A stretch of 64,000 nucleotides of DNA from Nitrospiria bacterium. GTDB lineage: Bacteria; Nitrospirota; Nitrospiria; Nitrospirales; NS-4. Positions within the stretch are counted from its first letter, which is position 1, and every line of letters starts with the position of its first letter. The stretch is taken from positions 52-64,051 of the forward strand of contig JBGPTH010000017.1 of NCBI GenBank assembly GCA_041490525.1, given 5' to 3'. The notes under the pieces are model-generated. The model did not search any database. It was not told where the DNA came from and worked only from the letters and a program-made list of their open reading frames with translations. Positions 36,025 to 46,809 of this stretch are shown piece after piece. The position numbers and the translations under genes are program-made.

Positions 36025-37164
36025 TCAATACAAGAGGATCAAAAGCCTCTGATAGAGCGCCATTGTCCGCTCTACAACAATTTCATCAGAAAACTCTTCG
36101 AGTACAATTTGCCGACCACGCCTCCCCATTTGCCGTCTCAGGTCTGGATTTTGAAGTAAGAGTTTCAAGGCACTGGCCAGCGCGGCAGGATCTTTTGGCG
36201 GAACCAGGAGACCGTTCTCATTATGACGAACAATTTCATTGCACCCGGACACGTCGGTGGTCACAATTGCGCGGCCGCAGGACGCAGCCTCAAGCAAGAC
36301 CTTGGGGGCCCCCTCATGATAAGAAGGAAGGCATACAATATGCGCTTGGGAGTAAACGTCCGGCATGTCTTCCCGATGCCCCCACCACTCCACAATTCCT
36401 TCAGCCTGCCAGTTTTTTAGCGTTGCTTCTGGAACGGCGTCCGGGCTTTCTGAATCCGCATCTCCTACCAGAACCATTCGGCACTTAATCCCCTCCGTGC
36501 GGAGCTGTTGGGCCGCTTCCACAAATTCTCCCACCCCTTTTGCCCAAAGCATGCGGGAGGCCAAGGCGACGACTGGTGCGTCGCCAGACTCAGGGGAATC
36601 AAGAAACCGGGAGGTGTCTACGCCGGAACCCCGAATCAACTCCATCTTATCCTTCTTGATTATCCCGCTCTCAAGAAATTTATTCATGTCCGTCACATTC
36701 TGAAAAATCGTGACCTGATTCATCCTCCAGAAGGCAAGGCGGTATCCGAACTCGACCAGCTTGCCGAGAATCCATGACTTCCATCTTTGAGCATGAAACT
36801 TTTCGGTAAGGCCTGTCAGGAGATTGACCACAATCGGGACCCCGACAACTTTTGCCGCCCACGTCCCGTATAAGACCGGTTTGATCGCGATCTGGTGCAC
36901 GATGTCGGGGCGTTCCCGGCGATAGATGTTCATAAGTTCCAAGAAGGTCAAGAACTCGGTGACGATGTTCGTGCTCCCTCTGGCCAAATGAATTGGAATA
37001 AGCCGAAAGCCTTCTCGTTCGATCAGTTCCTTATGGTTGCGCACACGGGCCGCAACAATCACCTCAAAGCCGGCGTCGCGGGCAGCCCTTGCCAAGGAAA
37101 GACGATGCGACCAGAAAACCCAGTCCTCAGTAATGACGTATATAAGCCGAGGCTTCCTTCCCAC
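36025..37164 (-). CDS. GT4-family glycosyltransferase
   Basis: FWSHRL, IKPVLYG, GSGVD, ASRMLWAKGVGEF, LPSYHEGAPKVLLEA. Start uncertain (GTG 37164 or ATG 37203). Confidence 0.9.
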   Translation of the reverse strand: MGRKPRLIYVITEDWVFWSHRLSLARAARDAGFEVIVAARVRNHKELIEREGFRLIPIHLARGSTNIVTEFLTFLELMNIYRRERPDIVHQIAIKPVLYGTWAAKVVGVPIVVNLLTGLTEKFHAQRWKSWILGKLVEFGYRLAFWRMNQVTIFQNVTDMNKFLESGIIKKDKMELIRGSGVDTSRFLDSPESGDAPVVALASRMLWAKGVGEFVEAAQQLRTEGIKCRMVLVGDADSESPDAVPEATLKNWQAEGIVEWWGHREDMPDVYSQAHIVCLPSYHEGAPKVLLEAASCGRAIVTTDVSGCNEIVRHNENGLLVPPKDPAALASALKLLLQNPDLRRQMGRRGRQIVLEEFSDEIVVERTMALYQRLLILLY

Positions 37165-37184
37165 CTGGTTCCTCTGAAAAAGTT

Positions 37185-39146
37185 TCAGTGCTGATCCACC
37201 CATGCCTGAAACATGAGCACATCCCACAGGTAATGCTGCCAGTTTCGTGTGCCTGACAAATGTTCCTTCCACTTTTCGCGAACAGGCAAGGGATCGAAGA
37301 AGCCCTCTTCCGACAGCCGTTTCTTGTCCAGCAGATCCTCCGCCCAATCCCGGAGGGGGCCGCGCAACCAGGCGTCTATCGGCAGGCCAAAACCCGTCTT
37401 AGGACGCTCGATCAATTCCTTCGGCACATACCGGTACAGCACCTGTCGCAGGAGCCATTTGCCCTCTCCATCCCGCACCTTCATGGACAGCGGCAACCGC
37501 CAGGCAAACTCCACGACCCGATGGTCCAGGAAAGGGATCCGCGCCTCCAGGCTCACCCCCATGCTGGCCCGGTCCACTTTCACCAGAATGTCGTCCGGCA
37601 GGTAGGTCACGGTGTCGAGGTACATCATCCTCTGGGTGAAGTCAGGCAGATTGGACCACAGGCGACGGTCCGTGAGAGCCGTTGGGGGTTCTCGCGCCCC
37701 CAATACCACGGACGCCGGGTCCTTCCAATGAGAAGCCAACCCGCGATACATCGCTTCAGGAGATTCCGCGGCGAGAATTTCAGCCAGTTTGTGGATCTTG
37801 TCCCCAGGGTTACGCTGCTTGATCGCGGATGGCAACAAGGGACCTGCCACACCAAAAACCCGATCCCAACTCTGGGGGGGGACCGCCGTCAAGACAGCGG
37901 CCGCCGCCGCCCGCAGGGACCTCGGCATCCAGCCGAGTTTCTTCCAAATGCTTCGCCCCCAAAAATACCGGTTATAGCCCGCAAACAACTCGTCCCCGCC
38001 ATCGCCGGAAAGACTCACCGTGACCGATCGACGCGCCAGCTCAGACACTAAAAATGTGGGGATCTGCGACGAATCGGCAAACGGCTCATCGTACAAATCC
38101 GGCAGTTTGGGAATCACCGCCATGGCCTCCGCGGGGGTCACGTACAACTCAGTATGCTCAGTGCCCAAGCAAGCGGCGACGGCTTTAGCGTGCAGCGCCT
38201 CGTTGTAATCCGCTTCCTTGAAGCCGATCGTGAAAGTCTTAACCGGTCGATCGCTCTGGGCCTGCATGAGCGCCACCACCGTTGAGGAATCAACACCGCC
38301 GGAGAGGAACGCGCCCAGCGGCACATCGGCGACCATCTGAAACCTGACCGCATCGCGCAATAACCCATCGAGCGCAGCGATAGCCTCCTCAGTGGAACCG
38401 GTAAACGGCTCAGCCATACCCCGTTCGGCAGCTTCTCTGGCAGACCAGTACTGGACAGGAGCGGGAAACGAGGCCTCACGGCCCGAAACGGCCAACATCG
38501 TACCGGGCGGGAGCTTGTAGATTCCCCGATAAATGGAATAAGGCGCCGGGATACAATTGTGTCGCAGGTAAAGTGCCAGGGCATCGCGGTCGATCTCTCC
38601 CTTGAAAGCGGGATGGGCCCGCAAGGCCTTCAACTCGGACCCGAAAAGGATGCTCCCTCCCATCCGCCCGTAATAGAGCGGCTTTTCTCCCATCCGGTCC
38701 CGCACAAGGTGCAGAACCCGCTCTGTCCGGTCCCAGAGGACAAAAGCAAACATGCCAATGAACTGCTTCACGGCCGCTTCTATTCCCCACCGACTGATAG
38801 CGGCCAGCGCCACCTCCGTGTCGGAATGACCACGCCACGCTATGGAAGGTCCCTGCGACTCCCGCTCCAATTCACGGCGGATGGTCTTATAGTTATAAAT
38901 CTCCCCGTTGAAGACGATCACGTAACGGCCGCAAGCAGAATGCATGGGCTGATGGCCTTCCACGGAGAGGTCGATGATAGCAAGACGCCGATGTCCCAAC
39001 GCGATTCCTGCATCAACATCAACCCATGCGCCGCCATCGTCTGGACCGCGCAAGCGCAGGGTATCGGCCATCCTCAGAACCGTTCCCCGGAGTTCATCGC
39101 GACTCATCTGGCGGGGTCCAGTGAGATATCCGGCTATGCCGCACAT
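37185..39146 (-). CDS. asnB: Asparagine synthase (glutamine-hydrolysing) family amidotransferase
   Basis: MCGIAG, GHRRLAIIDLS, FNGEIYN, LSGGVDSS, SGDGGDELFAGY, KVDRASM. Probably a sugar amidotransferase in this context. Confidence 0.92.
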   Translation of the reverse strand: MCGIAGYLTGPRQMSRDELRGTVLRMADTLRLRGPDDGGAWVDVDAGIALGHRRLAIIDLSVEGHQPMHSACGRYVIVFNGEIYNYKTIRRELERESQGPSIAWRGHSDTEVALAAISRWGIEAAVKQFIGMFAFVLWDRTERVLHLVRDRMGEKPLYYGRMGGSILFGSELKALRAHPAFKGEIDRDALALYLRHNCIPAPYSIYRGIYKLPPGTMLAVSGREASFPAPVQYWSAREAAERGMAEPFTGSTEEAIAALDGLLRDAVRFQMVADVPLGAFLSGGVDSSTVVALMQAQSDRPVKTFTIGFKEADYNEALHAKAVAACLGTEHTELYVTPAEAMAVIPKLPDLYDEPFADSSQIPTFLVSELARRSVTVSLSGDGGDELFAGYNRYFWGRSIWKKLGWMPRSLRAAAAAVLTAVPPQSWDRVFGVAGPLLPSAIKQRNPGDKIHKLAEILAAESPEAMYRGLASHWKDPASVVLGAREPPTALTDRRLWSNLPDFTQRMMYLDTVTYLPDDILVKVDRASMGVSLEARIPFLDHRVVEFAWRLPLSMKVRDGEGKWLLRQVLYRYVPKELIERPKTGFGLPIDAWLRGPLRDWAEDLLDKKRLSEEGFFDPLPVREKWKEHLSGTRNWQHYLWDVLMFQAWVDQH

Positions 39147-39222
39147 TGGCACTCGGTAATTTCAGTAGTTAGAGAGACACGTAACCTGTCAATGGTATTC
39201 GGAGCCTCCCTGGCGCTTTGAT

Positions 39223-40605
39223 TCATGAAGACGGCCCGGGCAGGGATTTGGCTACCGCCGGCGGAAAGGGGAGGTTGTCCGTGACAGAAGAAGGCACGGG
39301 GGCTCGTCGCCTTGAGAGGTAGACCAACAAACAGATCATGACCGGCAATATCTGCAACCGGTACCGTGACGCAGTTCCAAGGTTGTAACTGGAGACAAAC
39401 GCATAGACGGTTGACCAGGCAATCACAAACGACAGGGCCCACGTGACCACCGGTTCTTTCAGCTCCTCCCAATGGGTTCGTTTTATCGCCAACCACAATA
39501 AGCCAAGCGTGGCCATGTTTTCCAGACTGGCAAAAATCCCAAAGATGTTAAGGACCTCCCCCGGCAAAGGACGGAACAAAGCGGTAAAGACACCGAAAGG
39601 CAAAAAAGCCGCCATTCCGGAAAAGCTACCATATTCGATGTATTCCAATGTGGAGCCACCCACTTTTTCACCAAATCCACCCCCCAGAAATTCCGCTTTG
39701 TCCAATATGTCATCGGCTGTTTCAAGTAGGAAATATTCCGCAAACTGACCCGAGCTAAACCACAGTGCGACTCCGACCAGCAGCCCAAACACCACTTTTG
39801 CACCGATATTGAGCTTCCCTCTCAAGAGGATAATCGCGAGGGGAAGAAACATGATTACTCCCAGCCACACCCGCATCATCACCGCGACCATAACTCCCAA
39901 TGCCAGCACCGGCAGATAGCGGGGTTTCTTCGTATGGATCCATCCGACAGCCCCATACACATAGAGGGCAATGCCCAACAAGACCAGAGGGTCTTTGCCC
40001 AGAATAGAAGACCAGAACAAAACTGTGGGCCAAAACGCCAAGAGGAAAAAGATTCGCCTGTCCTCGTGACCGAGAAACAGCACCGCGGCACGGTAGAAGA
40101 GATACACCGCTACGAGGCCCATCATGGCGAAGCTGACTTTCAACCCGTGAAAGGAATTGGGCACAAGCTGCTGGAGCAGCCAACACAGGTGGGTCATGTT
40201 ATAGGTACCGGAGCTCTCACTACCTATTTGAAATCCCTCCCATTCGAACCCTCTTTGCCTTGACCCATCAAAGTATCCTATCGCATCCAGCGGATAATTC
40301 CATTCGTAAAACAACATTAGCCCCAGCGTGACGAGGGACTTGGCGAACCACACCCATAAGAGATCTTGTTTGCTCCTTTCTGACACCGGCCAGGCCAGGA
40401 TACTGAGACCCAAGACAATGGCCCACGCCACCCCTTTCGCATAGTCGGTCGCAAGGTCTTCCTGTGGCAATCGATATCCCAAGGCTGCAACGATATCCAG
40501 AGCTTTGAAGGAAATAAGTCCCAGGCTTATCGCGCCGACCACGACAAGAGCGATGGCTCCTGGCTTGCGATGTATTGCAAACTGATTAGTCATCCCGGAA
40601 CGCAC
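39223..40605 (-). CDS. Multi-TM membrane protein, probable polysaccharide polymerase (Wzy-like)
   Basis: About 10 hydrophobic segments; PTVLFWSSILGKD, LFRPLPGE, NLGTASRYR; located in the glycan cluster. Confidence 0.6.
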   Translation of the reverse strand: MRSGMTNQFAIHRKPGAIALVVVGAISLGLISFKALDIVAALGYRLPQEDLATDYAKGVAWAIVLGLSILAWPVSERSKQDLLWVWFAKSLVTLGLMLFYEWNYPLDAIGYFDGSRQRGFEWEGFQIGSESSGTYNMTHLCWLLQQLVPNSFHGLKVSFAMMGLVAVYLFYRAAVLFLGHEDRRIFFLLAFWPTVLFWSSILGKDPLVLLGIALYVYGAVGWIHTKKPRYLPVLALGVMVAVMMRVWLGVIMFLPLAIILLRGKLNIGAKVVFGLLVGVALWFSSGQFAEYFLLETADDILDKAEFLGGGFGEKVGGSTLEYIEYGSFSGMAAFLPFGVFTALFRPLPGEVLNIFGIFASLENMATLGLLWLAIKRTHWEELKEPVVTWALSFVIAWSTVYAFVSSYNLGTASRYRLQILPVMICLLVYLSRRRAPVPSSVTDNLPFPPAVAKSLPGPSS

Positions 40606-40671
40606 CTAAACTTCCCATTCATTCTCGACACAGAAAATGCCGGTATGGCAGCTACCGGCATCCGACTTGCC

Positions 40672-41757
40672 TTATTGCAAAACGGACTGAAACAGCCGGT
40701 CCCAATTTTCCAGGTACATATCCTCGCTATAGGCGCTGTCGGCGCACTGTTTCCCAAGCGTCCCCGCGGTTTTCCTGGCAGCAAAGTCCACAATCAATCC
40801 TTCTAATTTCCTTTGCCAGTCGGCACTGTCTCTACAATACAAATCTAAGCCACATTTTTCCATTGCCCGGACATAGGCTGGAGACGCCGTGACAACCGTG
40901 GGCATCCCCATTCTCCAAAACAGCAGCAACTTATTCTCGGGTTTTCCCATGGCCAGCGGGCTTTGTGGATCCAGGGGTATCACGGCCAGATCACAAGTCG
41001 TGACGATTCGGGAGAACGTCTCGATGTTCCACTGGTATAAGCACACCGCCGAGTCATTATTAAAGAGATACACGTCGCCAAATAAGTGCCTGGCTTCCTC
41101 CACCGTAGATTTTGTCCAAAATTTGTTCATGTACTTCTTGTGCTCAAGATCGGTAATAATGTGCAATGAGATGGGATGCTTCTTCCTGAGCTGAGCCAGC
41201 ACACCGTTAAGCTGCGCCAGCCCTGGCATATTGTCCGGAAAACCCTCCCAAACCAGATTGACTCGGCTTCCGATGGAATAGTCCCTCTTGATCTCCCGCA
41301 CGGCCTTGAAATGGCAATCGAGAATGACATGGACATTCTTGCAATATTTGAGAATGTCTCTCTTTTGTTCCAAGGTAGTGCAGACCACGGCATCGGCCCT
41401 TCTGCACATATCCTTGATCGCGCTGGAATAATTCATTTGCAAGTACTTATGCTCACGAGCTACATACTTGGCCAACCCTCGCAAGGCTCCTTTGACATCA
41501 AACCGTCGAACCGACAAGTATGAATCCACACTCATGTAGATAATCTTCGCCTTGTTCCTCCCATACCTGCTCCACATGGTCAAATCAACCTGCGGCGTCA
41601 ACAAGATCACATCATACTTCTCGCCCGGTTCCACGATTTCAAATTTCACGCCTCGCTTATTTGCGTAATAAAGGAAGTTCCTCAAATCAAAGGGGTGTTT
41701 CAATGAGCCAGGGATATTGTAGGGCGCAAAACCTATTCGCAGGCCGGACCAATTCAT
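40672..41757 (-). CDS. Glycosyltransferase-like (GT-B) protein
   Basis: LVWEG, CDLAVIPLD, GKPENKLLLFWRMGMPTV; GAGGAG RBS before ATG 41757. Confidence 0.6.
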   Translation of the reverse strand: MNWSGLRIGFAPYNIPGSLKHPFDLRNFLYYANKRGVKFEIVEPGEKYDVILLTPQVDLTMWSRYGRNKAKIIYMSVDSYLSVRRFDVKGALRGLAKYVAREHKYLQMNYSSAIKDMCRRADAVVCTTLEQKRDILKYCKNVHVILDCHFKAVREIKRDYSIGSRVNLVWEGFPDNMPGLAQLNGVLAQLRKKHPISLHIITDLEHKKYMNKFWTKSTVEEARHLFGDVYLFNNDSAVCLYQWNIETFSRIVTTCDLAVIPLDPQSPLAMGKPENKLLLFWRMGMPTVVTASPAYVRAMEKCGLDLYCRDSADWQRKLEGLIVDFAARKTAGTLGKQCADSAYSEDMYLENWDRLFQSVLQ

Positions 41758-41833
41758 TTTTCTCCTCGTCCTACTGATCAGAATTATATATCTGGACAAC
41801 CGCTGGAAGCTGCCTACTTATATCTACGGCGGG

Positions 41834-42988
41834 TCAGCCCTTTCCGGCGGAAGGCCGGCTGCTGACCCATCCCGCAAACTCTTTGATACTGGAAATATTC
41901 TCCAGCGGCAGGGCCCCCTGCCAGATATATTGAATCTTATTCTTTTTCGAGCTGCGAAGGAGCAGCCACAGGCGCTGCCAGCTTTGCTTGTCAAATACGG
42001 ATGACAGCAAATACAGCCAATCGGCAAACGACAGCAAGCGAGCCCACTTGACGAGCTGCCCCTGCGACGCGGCCCCGGACCTGTACTGGAGATACCAGGA
42101 ATGGACCTGCCGCCTCACATACGCCGCCCGGCTGATTTCAATGCCGGCTAAGCGTTCCTTATAGTTTGCCTTCAATCGGGTCAGCCATAGATACATGCAG
42201 TTGTTCAGTTCAATGCCCGGCAAACGGCCATCAAAGTCCGACTCGATGCCCAAGTACTTTTTGCCCTCATCCTGTTTGTCGCTATAGACAAAATGGCCGA
42301 ATGATTTGGGTGAGACCCCGACGACGAGCAGGTCTTCAGGGACATACACCCACGTTTTCGCGTTCAGCAGCAGGGAATTTAACGCATAGTGATCCGGAAA
42401 GGGCGGTTGGAAGATGCCCCCGGCTATCTGGTTTGCCGCCCGACGGGATACCAGGGTGGTTTGCATATTGAGCGGGATGCGGTTCCGGAAGCGGAACATG
42501 TCCCGCACGATCGCAAACCTCATTTCCGGGGAGATCACACCCTCACCGTCGAAATCCTGGTCAAACTTGAAGAAGGCTTCTTTGTAGTAACTCTGCATAT
42601 TGTCGTTGATGGAACCTTGGGCCACATACGAGTAGGCATTGTAGGTGATGCAGTCCGGGTTCCCATACTTGTCGAGGATCTGCTCGACTCTCTGAAAATA
42701 GCCCGGCAACAGGCAGTCGTCGTCACCCATCGTTAGAAGGTAGTCGCCGGAGCTGGCGCGAAGCGCGCAGTTCCAGTTATCCGTGACACAGACGGGCTCA
42801 TCGAGTCGTACCGCTTTCAGGCGAACGTCTCCCGAAAACGACGCGATCACCGCCGGCGTTTCATCGGTGTTGGCATTATCGGACACCACCAACTCCATGT
42901 CGGAGCACGGTTGCTCCAGAATTGACGCGATACAATCGGCCAGGAAACGGCCCCCGTTACGGGTCGGCAGCAACACGGAAAATTTCAC
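41834..42988 (-). CDS. GT2-family glycosyltransferase
   Basis: FSVLLPTRN, VVSDNANTD, NWNCAL, MGDDD. Confidence 0.88.
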   Translation of the reverse strand: MKFSVLLPTRNGGRFLADCIASILEQPCSDMELVVSDNANTDETPAVIASFSGDVRLKAVRLDEPVCVTDNWNCALRASSGDYLLTMGDDDCLLPGYFQRVEQILDKYGNPDCITYNAYSYVAQGSINDNMQSYYKEAFFKFDQDFDGEGVISPEMRFAIVRDMFRFRNRIPLNMQTTLVSRRAANQIAGGIFQPPFPDHYALNSLLLNAKTWVYVPEDLLVVGVSPKSFGHFVYSDKQDEGKKYLGIESDFDGRLPGIELNNCMYLWLTRLKANYKERLAGIEISRAAYVRRQVHSWYLQYRSGAASQGQLVKWARLLSFADWLYLLSSVFDKQSWQRLWLLLRSSKKNKIQYIWQGALPLENISSIKEFAGWVSSRPSAGKG

Positions 42989-43080
42989 TCGTGAACGTTC
43001 CTCTTCAAATATACAGAGGTGCTGAGACTACCTCGGGCTCATCGGGATTGCTGACTTGCTGGAAGCCGCGATGCAAAGAT

Positions 43081-44028
43081 CTACCCTGGCGCCGACACAA
43101 CAGCCTTTTGGAGAATAAGGGTATAGGCGCTGCCCTTCAACTCTCTGCGCTCCCACAGGGCCATGGGTACACTGATCAGGTATCCCAAAACAAACGCTGC
43201 CATTTGCGCCAGCTTGCTTGAAAACCGATTCATAAGAAAACGCTGCCAGCCGAAACGGTTCCAGCTCTGCCCCCCCTTATCGTTCGTGGTGAGCAGCACC
43301 GGCTCCAATCCCAAGGGCCGTAAACGCTGGATCACAACGTTTGCGGGAATCAAGTACAGGTGACGGGGGGCATCCACATGGGGCCATGCGGAACCCATCA
43401 TGTGAAATTGAAGCGCGTCGGGATTCGGCGTGGCGATGAGCAAGACCCCGCCAGGAGCCAAGTTGTGAGCCGCGCTCTCCAGACATTCCCACGCATTCGG
43501 GAGGTGCTCGATGACGTGCCACAAAGCTATCACATCTTTCGGCCCGGCCGTTTTGAGCACTTCGGCCGGTCTGCTGCTGTTGATGGCCTGTACCCCTACG
43601 ACCTCTGTCAGGTACTTGCAACAGCGGTCGCTCATCTCGATGACTTCGACGTCAAAACCGGATTTCTTTGCGAGACGAGCGAAGGTTCCATAGCCCGGCC
43701 CGACCTCCAGGAGCCGCCCGGCCGGGATGAATCGCTGCACCATTTCGATCTGGTAACGGTTGGCTTCGGCAATCTGATCCAGTCTGCGCATAGACCTGGG
43801 TATCGCGTCGTAGTACTCGTTCGGATAGTAGTCTTCTAAGTTTGCAGGAACAGGAGAGAGGAAAATAAGACCGCAGGCCCGACAGCGGAAATAGCTGAAT
43901 TGCTCCGTTGTAACTTGTCGGTTGACATCATGCGTCCGAAACTCAGGGATGGCAGGTTCATGACAGAATGGACACGTACCGCTCATGCAGATCGCCTCGT
44001 CGGCCAAGTCCGACGGGGCACCGCTCAC
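43081..44028 (-). CDS. Class I SAM-dependent methyltransferase with N-terminal Zn motif
   Basis: CPFC...CRACG, LLEVGPGYG, WHVIEHL, LAPGG, HVDAPRHL. Start GTG 44028 or ATG 43986. Confidence 0.85.
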   Translation of the reverse strand: MSGAPSDLADEAICMSGTCPFCHEPAIPEFRTHDVNRQVTTEQFSYFRCRACGLIFLSPVPANLEDYYPNEYYDAIPRSMRRLDQIAEANRYQIEMVQRFIPAGRLLEVGPGYGTFARLAKKSGFDVEVIEMSDRCCKYLTEVVGVQAINSSRPAEVLKTAGPKDVIALWHVIEHLPNAWECLESAAHNLAPGGVLLIATPNPDALQFHMMGSAWPHVDAPRHLYLIPANVVIQRLRPLGLEPVLLTTNDKGGQSWNRFGWQRFLMNRFSSKLAQMAAFVLGYLISVPMALWERRELKGSAYTLILQKAVVSAPG

Positions 44029-44945
44029 TGAACCCCTCGCGCCTTCCACCATTCAATGGTCTGTGACAGACCAGACCTCAGGGTCGGGTACTGTGGCTTC
44101 CATCCCGTTTCCCTGTGCAACCGCCGATTGTCGCCACAAATAGAGCTCGGCTCCCAATCACGATAAGGCAGTTCCCCGAATCGAATCAGGTCCGTGCGGC
44201 CGGTAATCTCGCCAACAGTCTCCATGACCTGTCTCATCGTCACCGGCACTCCTGATGCGATATTCACAATGCCGGACACGCCGCGCTCAGCCAGCGCGCA
44301 CAAAGCCGACGCGACGTCTTCCACATGCAGGTAGTCACGCACCTGCTCGCCTTTCGTCGCCTGAAAAGTTTCCCCGCGCAACAGCGCCCGGATCAACGCC
44401 GGCACGGCACGCCGCTCATCCTCGTATGGCCCGTACAGGTAGAACAGTCGCGCCCAGGCAAAGCGAACCCCGGCCGCTGATGCGATGTGTTGCCCTAAAA
44501 GACTGAGCGAGAGCTTTGCGGCGGCGTAGATCGTCGTCGGCCGCGTCGGTCCGTCTTCCCGCAAGAGTCTCTCATCCGTGTCGTATTCCGCGCAGGTTCC
44601 GGCCATGACTACCTGCCGGCACCCCGCCTTGATCAGTTCGTCAAACAACGTCAGGCTGGCAGTCAGCGCGGGGATGTTTTCTGGTGAGGTCAGGTACTTG
44701 ACCGGTTCCGCATACCAGGCCAGGTGAATACAGGCTTCCGGCTTCCATTCACCCAACGCCGGGCGCAACACCGCGATATCCGACAATTCGCCCCTCAGCA
44801 GGGTGAGATGATGGGCCACATCGCGCAGCCGCCACAAGGGATTGCCGGGCCTGGCCAGGATGGCCACTTCGCAACCCGTTGAAAGCAGGGTGCGGGCAAC
44901 ATGGGACCCGATAAAGCCTGAAGCGCCGGTTAAAAAAACCCTCAT
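44025..44945 (-). CDS. NAD-dependent NDP-sugar epimerase/reductase
   Basis: TGASGFIG, HLAW, GTCAEY, YAAAK, RDYLHVED. Confidence 0.88.
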   Translation of the reverse strand: MRVFLTGASGFIGSHVARTLLSTGCEVAILARPGNPLWRLRDVAHHLTLLRGELSDIAVLRPALGEWKPEACIHLAWYAEPVKYLTSPENIPALTASLTLFDELIKAGCRQVVMAGTCAEYDTDERLLREDGPTRPTTIYAAAKLSLSLLGQHIASAAGVRFAWARLFYLYGPYEDERRAVPALIRALLRGETFQATKGEQVRDYLHVEDVASALCALAERGVSGIVNIASGVPVTMRQVMETVGEITGRTDLIRFGELPYRDWEPSSICGDNRRLHRETGWKPQYPTLRSGLSQTIEWWKARGVQ

Positions 44946-44951
44946 CAGCAG

Positions 44952-45482
44952 CTAGACCATGAAGTCTTTGTACGTTCTATCTTTGTCCGAAATGATCGGA
45001 TTTGCTATCGGCCACTCAATGCCAAACGCCGGATCATTCCAGCGCACTCCCCTCGCCGATTCAGGATGATAAAACTCGGCCATCTGGTAGAAAACTTCGC
45101 TGGTGTCTTCCAGCGTCTGGAATCCATGAGCAATGCCCTCGGGTATGTAAAGCATTCGGTGATCGTCGGCCTTCAAGACCACCGACACCCACTGCCTGAA
45201 GGTGAGCGAGGCAGGGCGCAGGTCAAGAATCACATCGTAAATAGCCCCCATGGTGCACCGGACCAGTTTGGCTTCTTCAAACGGTTTCACCTGATAGTGC
45301 ATTCCGCGCAACGTCCCTTTTCGCTTGCTGAATGAGCGATCGCACTGCACCAATCGAGCATTGAGCCCGTGCGCCTCAAATTCCCGCTGACACCAGGTTC
45401 TGCAAAAGAAGCCACGCGCGTCCTCTTGTAGCTCCGGCTCAACGATGAACGCGCCCTTGAGTTTGGTTTCGAAAAACTTCAT
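44952..45482 (-). CDS. rfbC: dTDP-4-dehydrorhamnose 3,5-epimerase family
   Basis: DARGFF, GTLRGMHYQ, AHGFQTL, GVRWNDP. Confidence 0.9.
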   Translation of the reverse strand: MKFFETKLKGAFIVEPELQEDARGFFCRTWCQREFEAHGLNARLVQCDRSFSKRKGTLRGMHYQVKPFEEAKLVRCTMGAIYDVILDLRPASLTFRQWVSVVLKADDHRMLYIPEGIAHGFQTLEDTSEVFYQMAEFYHPESARGVRWNDPAFGIEWPIANPIISDKDRTYKDFMV

Positions 45483-45506
45483 CAGCGCTTCTGCTCACTC
45501 GCCGGC

Positions 45507-46751
45507 TCAGACAATCCTCGGCTTCGGAATAGGAATGATAAACTGCCCGCCCCTCCGCCTGTACTCCTGCTGCTGCGCAATGATTTCCTCCGCCAGGTTC
45601 CAGGGCAAAACCACGGTGTAGTCGGGCATCTCCTTGAGCAAGGCTTCAGGGGGACGGATAGGGAGCCGGGCCCCCGGTGTAAAAAGGCCCTGTTTGTATG
45701 GGCTACGGTCCACCGTGAACTCCAACAGGTCCGTTCCGATCCCGCAGTAATTGAGGAGCGTGTTCCCCTTGGCCGGCGCCCCATAGGCAGCCAACCGCTT
45801 GCCGGCGGCCTTCAAGCCGTAGAGCAGGCTCCGCAACTCCTCTTTTAAATTGGCCACCTCCCGGCTGAACGAAGCGTATCGCCCGGGGCTGGTCAGGCCT
45901 GAAGCCTTCTCTCCCCGGAGAAACTCACCCACATTGGCGGTGACAGGATGCGTTCCCTGGTGCTGGAGAAAGACACGCAGGGAGCCGCCATGGACAGGCC
46001 GGTACATCACATCGAACAGTTGAAGGCCCGCCCGTTCCGCCAGCTTTTCGACCGCCGACAGGGAGTAATAGAACACGTGTTCATGATAGATGGTATCGAA
46101 TTCGGTCCCATCGAGAAGATCTTTCAGGTACGGAAACTCGAAGACTGCCGCTCCGGCCGGCTTCAGGCATAGCTTGACGGCATGCAGAAACTCATTGATC
46201 ACGGGGACGTGAGCCAGGACGTTGTTGCCGATGATCAGATCGGCTTGCCCGAAACCGCTCACGATTTTGTCCACCGCTTCGAGGCCAAAGAAGCAGTTGA
46301 GCGTTGGAATCCCTCGACGCTCTGCCTCGACAGCGATGTTCCTCGCCGGCTCGACACCGAGCACCTGGATGTTACGCTGCTTGAAATACTGCAGGAGATA
46401 CCCGTCATTGCTGGCGACTTCCAGAACACGGCTCTCCGGCCCCAGCGCAAACCGCGCCGTCAGCGACTCGGCCATTTCACGCGCGTGAGCGAGAAAACTG
46501 TCCGAGTAGGACGAGAAATACACATATTCGGTGAACATCCGTTCCGGCGGCACCAGATCCGTCAACTGCACCAAGTGGCAGGCCCGACAGCAGGCTACGG
46601 CCAGCGGGAAGCCGGCTTCCCGGATATAGGCTTCCTCAGGATGGACAAGGGCGTTGACAAGAGGGAGCGTGCCAAGGTCGAGGAACGGCTCCGGCAGCAA
46701 GCTCCCGCAGCCAAGACACTTCTTTTGCTGTGTGAATTTCGTTGTGATCAA
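45507..46751 (-). CDS. NDP-hexose C-methyltransferase
   Basis: CLGCG, CRACHLVQL, YVYFSS, EVASNDG, FDTIYHEH, HGGSLR, YGAPAKGNTLLN, LPWNL. Confidence 0.88.
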   Translation of the reverse strand: MITTKFTQQKKCLGCGSLLPEPFLDLGTLPLVNALVHPEEAYIREAGFPLAVACCRACHLVQLTDLVPPERMFTEYVYFSSYSDSFLAHAREMAESLTARFALGPESRVLEVASNDGYLLQYFKQRNIQVLGVEPARNIAVEAERRGIPTLNCFFGLEAVDKIVSGFGQADLIIGNNVLAHVPVINEFLHAVKLCLKPAGAAVFEFPYLKDLLDGTEFDTIYHEHVFYYSLSAVEKLAERAGLQLFDVMYRPVHGGSLRVFLQHQGTHPVTANVGEFLRGEKASGLTSPGRYASFSREVANLKEELRSLLYGLKAAGKRLAAYGAPAKGNTLLNYCGIGTDLLEFTVDRSPYKQGLFTPGARLPIRPPEALLKEMPDYTVVLPWNLAEEIIAQQQEYRRRGGQFIIPIPKPRIV

Positions 46752-46809
46752 AGTCTGGCGGGCTCAGGGCAGGATCAACCGACCGCAGTGGGGGGAAAAT
46801 TTATGATCG